From: Marsupella aquatica
Taxonomy: Eukaryota; Plantae; Marchantiophyta
Length of the DNA stretch: 64,000 nt
Direction of reading: 5' to 3'
Assembly (NCBI GenBank): GCA_973895155.1
Contig: OZ316892.1
Span: 14,934,861-14,998,860 of the forward strand
In this document: piece by piece, positions 12,925 through 23,997 of the stretch
Layout: every line of letters starts with the position of its first letter
How positions within the stretch are numbered: position 1 is the first letter of the stretch
Program-made: the position numbers and the translations under genes
Notes under the pieces: generated by a model
What the model was told of the DNA's origin: nothing
The model's input: the letters and a program-made list of their open reading frames with translations, nothing else
The model's database searches: none

Positions 12925-13974
12925 GGTTGCTCGCTTCGCCGATGACTTCCACTCTTCCTCCGCTCTCTCGACGCGACTGTATGATTCGTCGCTCGAGAAG
13001 TATGATTTCTTCTTCAATGTACATATATCACACTGCCAAAACACCGAATGAGCCCAACGAACCCCAGAGACACGATCCCACAGCATGACACCCACAAACA
13101 ACGGGAGAGGGAAGAAGGAAAATGCCCAAAAATAACAAAGAGCCAAAAAACAAAATGAGAGGGAGAAAATTAATCCGTGGACCTCCATGTTATTTTAGAG
13201 GTACTTATCTAGAAACTGAAGTCTAGATAGACCTCCAAATCTGAAGAAAAAAAAATTCAAAAATGAACAAGTCAATGTTTGACATTTGAAACAGTTATCA
13301 AAAGTATCAAAAGTACCAAGGCAACCACAATTAACATCAATCACAAAACCAACTGCAATGTGAATTATTGTTTAATGTGTGGGTAGCTTAATTGCCACTT
13401 CAGCAAAACGGTGCTCGACGGTTTCCTCCACATTATCGAAGGGATGCTTGATGCACTCAAGTTGTATCGAAAGTAATCACTTTTCAATTCCTACACGCAA
13501 ATAGACGAAGAGAGAGAAGTTTATCGGTGTCATCAAATCACTAACCTTGCATAATTGTTTAAGACAAAAAATTTCATGGAAACAAATCTTCAATTGTGGG
13601 ATTTGGAATGGATCTAAAGCTAGAGGAATTTAGAAGCTCATGACAACTTTAGTACTTGATAAAATTTCCCAATGTCACACTCATTGGAAAGGTAGAGAAC
13701 ATTGGAAACTTATAATCTCCTCCGAACTCAACTAAATCTATCAATGTTAACTTCATTAAAAAGCTAAAGAAATTCTAAAATTCATGATTACCTTAGTACT
13801 TGATAAAATCTGTCTACTTTAGGTTCATTCACATGGAAGGGGTCAACATTTTAGGTGTTGTACAACAAAAATTTCTATTCGCGTTAGAGATTATGAAATC
13901 ACGGGTAAAATCTAATTTTCAAAATACTTACTCAATTCTTATCGAATGGTAACAATGCTAAGCTCATCAGGACC

Positions 13975-14013
13975 GTCGGGAAAATTTGTCGGGAAAATTT
14001 GTCAGGAAAATTT
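13975..14013. repeat. 13-bp tandem repeat x3
   Basis: GTCGGGAAAATTT GTCGGGAAAATTT GTCAGGAAAATTT, directly adjacent to the left long inverted repeat. Confidence 0.9.
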
Positions 14014-17000
14014 TATGTTTTGAATAAAATCAAAATGGAGTTTTACCTTAATCTTTTTGTCTTTTGATTTGCATGTCAGTTGTTTTTACATTCTTTTTTA
14101 CGGCATGGCGTCCCAGTTTTTACAGCAAAATTGTCACAAACACGAATGTAGAAGTTAATTTTATCCAAAAACAAGTCCCTTCCTGTTTGCGGCATGTCAT
14201 GATGATGTGGCGTGCTGTGGAACCAGGAATTTTGGAAAGGACCTCTAATGGGGGTCCGTAATGAAGCCAGTATGGACCTCCATGTTGGACACAGTGCTCC
14301 CATGCACCACATTTGATGTCGATGGGAGTTTTGGGCTTATAACTTGATTATATGAGTGTTAAGATAATTTAGTTCTTCACCTGCAAGGCAACTAGAGAAG
14401 GAGCAGACCTAAAAAAATAAAATACAAGCCCTAATATTTCATATTAACACAATTATTCTAAAGTACACTGAAAAAAGATGCTCGGTTTTAACGTCCGTTC
14501 CCAGATCCGCCCTCCTTTTTCTTCAAAAACCCCAATACCTCCTCATCACGACAGCCTCTTCAATGCCTGATCAAGAGAGCCTGACTTGACCTTTGCCGGC
14601 TCATCCACGGTGCACTGTCGTCATCCTCCATAGCCATTCGCAAATTAATATAATGGACAATGAATCTAATGGAATTTACCCCTACGCATTCCATGATCTA
14701 TAACTCAACCAAAAGGGCCAATAATCCACTGTCACTTTGGTGGAAGTGTAGGTTACCTACCCGTCTAGCACATACTCAGAAATACAAATATATTTGAATT
14801 TGTGGACATCAAGTTACTACAACTGAACTCAAATTTTGGGAAATGTGGTCCAGGAGGGTTTTCAAAGACCAATGTTGTGGTCCATGGGAGCATCACTTTC
14901 TAAGAGGGAAGAAGGGAAAAGCCCAAGAAGAACAAAGAGCCAAAAAGCAAAAGGACCCAACGGGGAGGCACTATCCCACAACATGAGACCCAATACAAAG
15001 GAAGAGGAAATAAAATATCCCTTACCACTCCTACATTGTTGGTAAAAAGTGTTCCCAAATCTCTATAAAATCCATTAAAAAAGATAAATCTCATTTGCTT
15101 TAGAAATTTAAAGGTTGGGACATGAAGGACTGGAAACTTTCCAGCCCTTGCCCTTGAATATGCTGAAATAATGCCATCAGGCCTGCCTATGCCATCAGGC
15201 CTGCCTAAGGAGGGGGTTGAGGCAAGAATGTCTAGTTGACTCATAGATTGCCATCAGTTAACTGAAGGGTCTATTTTTTGAGGACATTCTACATGCAAGA
15301 CGGCCCTAAAGTGTCACACAACCAACCACAAAAAGTCTAAAACCATAATTGATAGGCAACTTGAAAATCCTGATGGAGCCAGGGCAAAACAGGTGACTAG
15401 AGGCCCTAACACTGAGAGCCTCACCTCTATGAATAATAGTGAATGCCCAAGCCATCTGTAGTGGAATAAACACCCACTGTCTAAAGACAGAAATTGGGGG
15501 ATAAGACCTCCACTCCTACACAAAAGATGGCCCAGGCTTGTAAGAAACATTCAAAGACTAGGTGTAAAGCCCAAAAGACCTCCACAACAAGCAAATAGGT
15601 TTCCAAGGTAACGCACAACAAAGGCCTCCTCCTTGAGCCAGGCAGCCCTGACACTAGCATGGCCTGGTACAATTGCAGTCACTGTAAAGTTGGTTCTATC
15701 AGTAGGGTCAACAATGACCACATCCCCTAGGGCCTTACACCTGGTTTGTTTGGTAACCTTGAGGGCCATGCATACGTACTACAGACAAATGCCTATGTTT
15801 TGATAGCCAAAGAAATAGGCATGAGAACTGTCTTGAAATGATAGAGAGGATATTTACTAGAGAAGATATTTACCTGTCTTGAGTGTGATCAATTTATCCA
15901 ATTTGTAATCAAGAAAATTGTTGAAGCTGGTTGCCATCATGGAAAGTTTACAAGGATCAAAGAGAATATAGTTTTGTACCAAGCAAGTGCAATTCGGGCC
16001 ATAAATATACCTCAAGGGCACAAGTAAGGTGATCAATGCCAAGCTGCCAAGACCTGAAAGTACCAAGAATGCTTTAATGCATGTGACTTTTCAAAATACC
16101 TCAGAAGGTCAGTATCGGTACTAGTGTGATTGCCCTTGCTTCTGCAAATTGTAGTTGGAATGACTCACGAGCTCCAAGAGTGATTTGCAAACCCTTTCTT
16201 CTTTTTCCTCAACCCCACAGTCACACATGTAGGGCTTCGCTCTACTAGTAAGTCCCAAACATAGCTTTGCTTTCCATTGTATATAGTGTTGGTTAAACGT
16301 TGTCATTGTGGTGGATTAGGGCTGATCATATGCGAAAGTGATGATGCATAGAGGAGGTCCAGCTCCCGTGATGGGGAGAATTGGAACATACATAATTCTG
16401 TGTCAAGTAAGGGTGTGGACTAGTGGACTGTATAATTGGACAGTAAGGATCATGTTCAACTAATACTTGGATCACAGCTGGGGTGTAGGTGGTCCATAAC
16501 TGGACCAATCTGGCTAAACACATGCCACCAACCGCACTCATACCAAATAGCTTGAGTTTTAAATGATATATAAATATGGTGACACTATGTCTTGGGGGTC
16601 TCACTATATGGATGTCTCCCATCACCTGAGATGTTTATAGGCCTCGGACCCCCTAAATATAAGAATTAAAAAACATCAACCCCTATAAAGTTGGAATATT
16701 CTAAAATTTGGTTATGAGAACCCTAATGTTAGTCTCAAAATTTGATTTGAAAGACTCTATTGTTCTTCTCAAAAGATTCTTAAGTCTTCCCTTTGAACCA
16801 ATAAAATGACCCTATGTTTCATCTCACGTGATGTGCCATTTTTGTGGAAGTGAAACTCTCGAGCACTGTGTGCATTGGTTGGGCTCAAAGTAATAAACTG
16901 CCTTTTATGCATTTAAGAGTTGAGTCATCTCGTTGTACATCACAAGACTACTACCCTTTTACCACCATCAAAATTCCCGAGCTAGTGAAAATAGTAGAGG

Positions 17001-17413
17001 AACAATCGTTCCTTCTTGTGTTTGTTTGTCCATAAGGACAAGTACAGAATGACCATCAAAACACAGGGTGCCATGCCTATTGCTATAATTTTTTGTATTT
17101 CTTATTATCTTAAAAATAGAAAGTGAAATCGACCATGATGATTACTGACCCCCATTAGGGGTCCTTTCCAAAAATCCAGGCTCCATGGCGTGCCACATCA
17201 TCATGGCACTCTGCAAACATGAAGAGACTTTTTTTTGGATAAAATTAGCTTCTGCATTCGTGTTTGTGGCAAAACCTGGGACGCCATGCCATAAAAGAGA
17301 ATGTAAAATGTAAAACCTGACATGCAAATCAAAAGACAAAAGTAAAGATTGAGGTAAAACTGCTCCCAGTAACAGTTTTAATTGACATTTTGATTTTACT
17401 CAATACATAAAAT
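14010..17413. mobile_element. Decayed element bounded by ~270-bp inverted repeats (14010-14282 / 17141-17413), with degraded coding interior and a nested MITE
   Basis: The two arms are clear reverse-complement homologues; the ORF track shows the matching peptides TNTNVEVNFIQKQ..MMMWRAVEPGILERTSNGG and TNTNAEANFIQKK..MMMWHAMEPGFLERTPNGG. No TSD was identified. Confidence 0.6.
16591..16863. mobile_element. MITE, copy 2 of the CTCGGGGG-TIR family (nested)
   Basis: CTTGGGGGTCTCACT...AGTGAAACTCTCGAG with TSD CACTATGT / CACTGTGT (8 bp, 1 mismatch). Confidence 0.85.
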
Positions 17414-17416
17414 AAA

Positions 17417-19100
17417 TCATTCTCTAAAGAAAAGAAAATTAAAAAATGGACAAGTCTCCTTGTTAATGTCTCCTTTTGGTCCGTGATGTCTTGGTAGAGG
17501 AGATGAAGCAAAGTAACGTAAGTCTCTTGGTGTCTTAGGAGATAATGTTCTGGAGAAGAACAAACCTGATCTCGAGATGAACCGCTTTGACCAGGATTCT
17601 CTATAATGCTGCTTGAATGCCTTGTCAAATCCCTGTCCTTCTTTGTGATATGCTGGTATCATCCAATGGTACTTCTCCTCTGGGATCCAATGACCTGGAG
17701 AACGAGAACGATAAGACTTTTGCAAAGAATCTGGTTTTGAAGTTAGTCTTAGACGCCCTCCTTGCAGCAACATTCTTGTGATCCTGACTTGTGCTTCTGT
17801 AACTGTCATTGAGACCCCAACTTTGCGAACGGTCTAAGGTCTTCCTGCAAGGCTGAGAGTCATTTGGTAGAGCAGTGTATGCTAGTGCCCGTGCTAGTGT
17901 AGAGCCTTGAGCATCATTTTTTGTTGTTGTTAGAGGAGTAGAAGAGTGGCCAGAAGAAGGCAGGGGAGAAAGGTGAGGCAGCGTAGGGTAGAAGCGGAGG
18001 ATTAGGCATTTTGTGGACATATCATTGTGGTGGTGAATTGGTCTCTTCCGGTCTCGGAAATGGCAGATGCTGAAGGAGTTTACAGAGATTGGAGAGTTGA
18101 GGTGGCTGAGGCCAGAATCTGCTTTTGCATCGAGGGAGAGGATTCTGGCTGTTTTGAAATCTCTATAAATAGATTGTAATCATAATATCAAAACAATGAG
18201 GGTCCCTTTTTCCCTTGGCTTTGCTGGGACTAATAATAATCTTATTGTTTTATTAACATTAAGTACAACCCTAGTAATACATGGCCAAAGTGTTTTGAAA
18301 GTAGTAACACATTTGTGCAAAAATGAACAAGAGGGTGGGAGCTGTGGCTTCACTAAAGTCACCCAAGTAGCCTTTGTTGCAGTGTTTGATTGCTGCACTG
18401 CTTCCATCACCAAAGCTCATAACCCAAGTTTCATCCTTGACTCTATGTATGGTCATCTCGCGTGTATAGCCCCTATTGACATCATATGTGACCTTGTTGA
18501 GATTAGGCTTCTTGCTTATAAATCTACCTGGAAAAGCATCAATTGATTTCATGTGTTGGTAAGCCTAAAAACGTTGCTTCTATTCACACACAACAGTACT
18601 TAAAATATCACAACAGTATGTAAAACCTATCCACAACAAGGGCCTTTTTCATAGCTGTTACGAACATAGCCTATCTTGCCAAAAAACATCCATCCTCATT
18701 TATAGAATGAGAAAAAGCAAGAGTTAAATCCTGGCCCTTCAACAAACAATGATTTCTTTGGCACCATCAGATCCACCTAGATACCCCCCTATTGTGTTGC
18801 CATGCTTGGACTCCATGAAACAGCTATTGCCACTACCCATCTTGCATTTTTTTTATAACTACATTTCTGTAACCACTTCTTTTGTGCAATGCTATCTTTG
18901 TCAATGTTGTCTTTTAGGCAGGGTTCTGTGCCACACACAAGTATTCCTTGGAATATTGTATTACAATCAAGTTTAACCCTCCAGTCATGGGCTGCTGCAG
19001 TGCATTGGTGGTGTGATCTGGGTAAGTGACCCAATTGGAATCATTATTGTTTCCATGCAAAGCTGGGGCTGTCAACTACTACCGGAGTATTCCTAAATAG
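17417..19100 (-). pseudogene. Decayed coding sequence of unknown (probably transposon) origin
   Basis: A run of broken minus-strand ORFs (17417-17809, 17625-18020, 18271-18552, 18789-19034), partly S/T/P-rich, in CpG-poor sequence. No recognisable motif. Confidence 0.3.
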
Positions 19101-20171
19101 TGAATTCTGTCCCCTGGCCAAGTAAGATTAGAATCAAAGGTCTAGGGAGTGAATTGAACAAACAACATAAATAGGTTTATCTCTAATCTGCAGTGGTAAT
19201 GTGATGAATTTTTAAGACAGAGTTGTACTATATCCCTCAGTTGGAAAGTTGATGCCAAAATGGATTATGAGGTTCACCAAAGGACTTAAAAAGGACGGAT
19301 AGATTTTGACAGCAAAAATGTGAGTATGCATACACAGTCCAGTTGGGCCCTGCACACAAATTAATTTCAAGATTGGAAGCACTTTAGCAGGAGAAATTAT
19401 TGAGAGATAACATAGCAGAGCATTTTTTGAATGTAGTCCACAGCCTGGAGGAGGTATCCTCTGATTACATGCATCTGAAACTACTGTAGTGATTTAATAG
19501 TTCAATTCTCAATCACTCTGAAGCCCTTCCCTATCCAGGCGAGTATCCAAGAACCTACTAAAAAGTGAAAGCCCAATATTGGATCTCTATTTTAATAGAA
19601 CTCCTGCATGGGGCGAGATATCCCAAAAGTCAGGAGACCAAATAAAGAGGAGAAACAAGGGAAAAAACTAACCTAGGAGCACTCACAGCCCAAGAGCACT
19701 AAATTGCTATGCATTATATGATATGACTCAAGGCTCAAGTCTAGAGTGAAACCACTAGTCCAAGGAGCCATGGTGGGAGTGAAACTCCATGCCTATTATG
19801 GGGCCAGGCAGCCAGGGCCACACTGGGCAGGCATGACATTGCGCCAAGACTACAGAAACCATGTGGACCTTAACAATTGAATGCTACTCAATTGATATGT
19901 AAGATTTAGATGCCTTGCAATACGGCCAGAGAATTTTCTTTCTCTGCTCGAGTACAGTGCACTTATTGACTGTCTCAAGTGGATGAGCTTTTCTATCCTC
20001 TTTCTGTTCAATTTCTATGTAAACTTCTATGTGAACTAGTTGAGTAATCAGGGGATCCCCAAATACTCTTTGTATGAACAAAGTTTTAAAGCTCATTTTT
20101 TGAATGTTAATAGAAATAGTGCAATCACCATTTTGACATACATAATAATATCCCATCTTTTTTTCCATTCA

Positions 20172-20345
20172 CAGAAATTTGGTGGGGCTCTAGAGTCACA
20201 ACTTATACATAATATCCCATCCTCTTTCCATCCACATAAATTTTGGCAGGGTTCTACAATTATAAATTTCTTGACATCCACATAAATTTTGGTGGGGGGT
20301 GTCTAGAATTATAAATTTTGGTGAGGTTCTAAAGTCACAGTTTAC
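20172..20345. repeat. Degenerate tandem repeat (A(T/G)AAATTTTGGTGGGG..TCTAGA)
   Basis: Four related units at ~20172, ~20236, ~20282 and ~20311. Confidence 0.7.
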
Positions 20346-21046
20346 TGTAGAGTTTTCTAGAAGCATAGACCCCAAGTCTAGCCTCTCATCACCACCACTT
20401 ATATAGATTTAAGTAAATCCTATCAAGATTTAAATAAATTCTATCATCTACTGTAGTAAACTGCAGGTCTTAATAGGTCCCATAGGAGCTTGAGAATGCT
20501 ATGGGAGCAAAAGCATCGGAATGAGTATTCCATCCGAGAGTATAGCTCAAACTAGTTGGTGCAACAGCGAACCCGCTTTCTATACTGCTCGATCTCCTAA
20601 TCCCGAGGTTTCGTTCCCTTTGCCTCAAATCTGCCGAATCGGATGCCAAATGTGACGAGAAATCTAATTTCGTCGATGTTTTAAATCCAACTGCTTCGAT
20701 GTCTCAAGTGTTGATCGATTGCAGTCACCGATTCCGAGCATTTGCTGATCTCCGTTGGCTTTCTAGTCCCATTCTGATACACGCACGTAATTCAACAATC
20801 TTTTCGATCTGTCGGACTTGTGATCCAGTGATCATGAATGTCGTCGATGTGTAGGGTCTAGAGCGTGGGTTTGGTTGAGGTGAGATTCAGAGGGGAGAAT
20901 GAAGCATTGCAGTTCCGCCCGATCGAAACCTACAGCCGGTTTAAATTTGTGCCAGTGCCGAGCTCGAAATGACATTTGCGGCTGAGCCATGTGGTAAGTT
21001 CAAATTGGGACGTGCACTCATCTTTGATCGTTGTATATCGCTCGCG

Positions 21047-21562
21047 TCAGTCAGTGTCGTCATGCGCAATTGTCTTGGTCAAGTACCGATCGAAGCCAGC
21101 AGGGCGAGTCTCTTGGCCGAATGTTACTTGGTCGCTTCCCAGCTTATGCAAACCTCCGTAGCTTTCCTCCCATCGATAGCATTTAGCACTGATCTGGAGA
21201 CCGACGGGACCAACGTCCGATACGGGAAGGGTATCGAGCTGCACTTTCAACCGGACCAAGTAATCGTTCTCCAGCGGCTCTGGCTCCATGTCCGAGTCGT
21301 TTCTGATGACGCTGAGATGTGGCCCCTCATCCTGGCGAATGAAGAAGTCCACTTTCTTGACCACTATCCCTTTGTTTACTTCCTTTGCGGTCGGTCGAAT
21401 CTGAGTGCTGATCATCTCTCTCATGCTTCTGTTTGTCTGCTCCCTGTTGTATGCATATGCTTCCGCGCTCCCCAGCGATTGAGTTGTGCTTCCCAGCGAT
21501 GTCCGCTCTTTGCGCAGCCGCAGTAACGGGTCTGCCCCATCGCTAGACGACTTCCCAGCCAT
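21047..21562 (-). CDS. Hypothetical intronless protein, 171 aa
   Basis: ATG in strong context (gagATGGCT), gene-like CpG-retaining composition and a (GA)n tract 65-80 nt upstream. The sequence has a low-complexity N-terminus and a beta-strand-like core (GIVVKKVDFFIR, YLVRLKVQL, LQISAKCYRW). No family recognised. Confidence 0.55.
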   Translation of the reverse strand: MAGKSSSDGADPLLRLRKERTSLGSTTQSLGSAEAYAYNREQTNRSMREMISTQIRPTAKEVNKGIVVKKVDFFIRQDEGPHLSVIRNDSDMEPEPLENDYLVRLKVQLDTLPVSDVGPVGLQISAKCYRWEESYGGLHKLGSDQVTFGQETRPAGFDRYLTKTIAHDDTD

Positions 21563-21626
21563 CTCCTTGATTTGGCTCTGTTACACGTACGAGGCTCTGT
21601 CGAGAGAGCCTCAAAGCATAAAACGG

Positions 21627-21642
21627 TCTCTCTCTCTCTCTC
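21627..21642 (-). promoter_or_regulatory. (GA/CT)8 microsatellite in the putative leader or promoter of the 171-aa ORF
   Basis: TCTCTCTCTCTCTCTC. Such tracts are common near plant transcription starts (BBR/BPC-type GAGA sites). Confidence 0.45.
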
Positions 21643-23997
21643 TGAAATGAAAATTGTCATCTTCGAGTCTGTTTAACAATTGATGCATATAAAATTTCAT
21701 TCTCGGCCCTAAAGTGAACCGACGCGTCTTTTCATAGTACTCATGATTCATTGTCCACGACCTCGTCGTACCTATGCTTTGGTGTTCCGCTTATAACGTA
21801 AAGTGATTAAAAATTTCGCGCCAAGCAAACCTTCTTTCTCGCAAACCTTGGATCCAAAAAATACAGTAGTAGGGAAGCTTCAGACAACATGTAGCCCTCA
21901 CTGGCAGTTAAGCGGGTTTGGGGAAACAACTGCAACATAAAAGGGACGTGGACATTGAATAGCATCACAATACAGTACTGAATGTTGCCTACTATACCCT
22001 AAGTATCTTGAAAGAAGTGGTTCTTCTTGCATTACTTGCCAGCGGAGCAGGGAATCAAATTAAGGTTCCAAACTTTCCTTCTGTATCCTGACATTTCTTT
22101 CGACTCCTCGCGAGCAGCTCGGTCGTGCGATTTCATTGCTTTCTGTGGACCACTTAGCGGCGGGTGGACGTGCTACTGTATTCATTGCTGCTGTAGCAAC
22201 TCAGTGTCCTTTGGCTTGATTTCGGATTTTAATGGGAACTCAATACTGCCGTGGACAGGTACAAATTAAAGCAGAAAGTACAGTAGTGCACGAACTGTAG
22301 TTTGATGACGATGGCTGCTTCTGGGGCACTACTGTCTTCTTTGAGCCAAAATTCAAATCTCGAGCCGAAATGTGAAGATGACAACCTTCTCGAAGAATCT
22401 GTATGTCTTTGTTGTATCCCGAGCCTTGGATGAGAAGCACTTGCTTGTCGCTTTTCTAAAGGATATGAATTGAAAGAGGTTGAAAGACATGAACAGTTTC
22501 AACTTCAAATTACCGTCTTTCGTGCTCAATTTAAAGTATTGCAACTGATTAATAAACTTATTGATTACTCCATCATAAAATTAGTCATAGTCTCGACGAG
22601 TCGACAAAATGTATGAAATTCGTGAATTAGTTTACTAAGAAAAACGGATGGTAATGGGCTCTCTGGTGGAATGTATGTAGCAACTTTTGGTTCAAGAGGC
22701 GAAAGAATTGCTCAACCGAAATTGCGGAGGTCTGCGTCTGCATGACCTCCGCCCGAGGTCAGACCTGTCGCTTGCAAATGATGCCGATTATCCAGACCAG
22801 GTAGCGAATACGCTTTCCAAATCACGAACAACCAAATGTGGCTGGCTACCTCAGCAATTGGCTCTGTGGATTTTTACTGTTGATAATTGGGTAATTGATG
22901 ACAGTTATCGGACTCATCTTCCCCTTGGTCGACAAGCAGCGAAGTTGGGAACGTCCAGCACGACTTGGATATTCCTGGCAACATTCTGTCAAAAGCTGGT
23001 TTGGCCCTCCCTTCTGTCGTAATTCTGTGGGCCTCGCGTTCATTCCTTCTCAGTTCTCAGATCCCAATTCAAATGAATTTTGTGCTCGGTAGACGACTTG
23101 GAAAGACCTTGCTTTTGCGAGACCTTTCTGTCCTAAACTTGCAACTGTTCCTAATCTGGGAGAGCTCATGTGTTTGGTCTCTGCTACCTTGTTCTTTGCT
23201 ACCTTGTTCTTTACTGTCATTGCCCTTAATTTGTTGCAATGAAAGTCGCATTGTTGAGAGTGCAAAACTTTGAGCATAAAAGGTGCGGGAGCCACTGACA
23301 GCTCAGTTGGAGCCAAGTTCATGATGATGTCCCTTGTGGGTGCAAGTTTATATACTGCCACATAAGTCTTCCCAGAATTTGCGTTATTGGAGAGTAGAAC
23401 GCTGCATAACATACAACAGTACTTTAAAGGAGAACTCACGATGTGCAGGTGCTTCCGTCGCAACCCAAAACCTAATCGTAGATGATGGTTTTAGAGAAAC
23501 AGGAGATAGGGTCATGAGCAGGAGGTCCCTACAACAACTTGCGAAAGATGACCTGTTTGCTCAACGTCCATCGTCATATTGTGATGGGGTGCTCTTCTCA
23601 ACGTTGTACTGTAGTCTCATGATTAAAGGGGTCGAATTCAATACTGTAACTTGGTTATCATATTAACAAGCTGAATTGATAAAAGTCTTGTTGAAGCCGT
23701 AGGGCAATGTATTCTGTCTGGTGTGGATGAACAATAAATAGATGGGGTTTCGAGGATTATAGCAGGACAACTATAGAAATTATACTCTTGGCCTGCAGTA
23801 TGTGATCAGAATACCTTTCCGGGTTTTGCATGTGCATAGACGGGACGGCTCAACTCTGCGATTATAAATGCTGGCAGGTAAACAAGCTAAGTGATTCCAT
23901 CATTCCAAGTTCCTGCTGCCCTCCTCACACGCACAATGTCTATGCCACTTTTAAAGAGTTTGCCTTAAACACAAAGATTCATGGATGTTTCTTTTCA

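Noticed and set aside
12651-13188. 145-aa plus-strand and 130-aa minus-strand ORFs
   Set aside because: They overlap the GC-rich first exon, intron and 5' UTR of the FAd gene; shadow or UTR frames.
20969-21526. 185-aa plus-strand ORF
   Set aside because: Antisense to the 171-aa ORF, which has better start context and an upstream GA tract; treated as a shadow, although the strand is unproven.
22027-23463. Cluster of short ORFs including a KEQGS / KNKVA 15-bp duplication
   Set aside because: No consistent frame or splice chain; could be IFT46 leader or promoter sequence.
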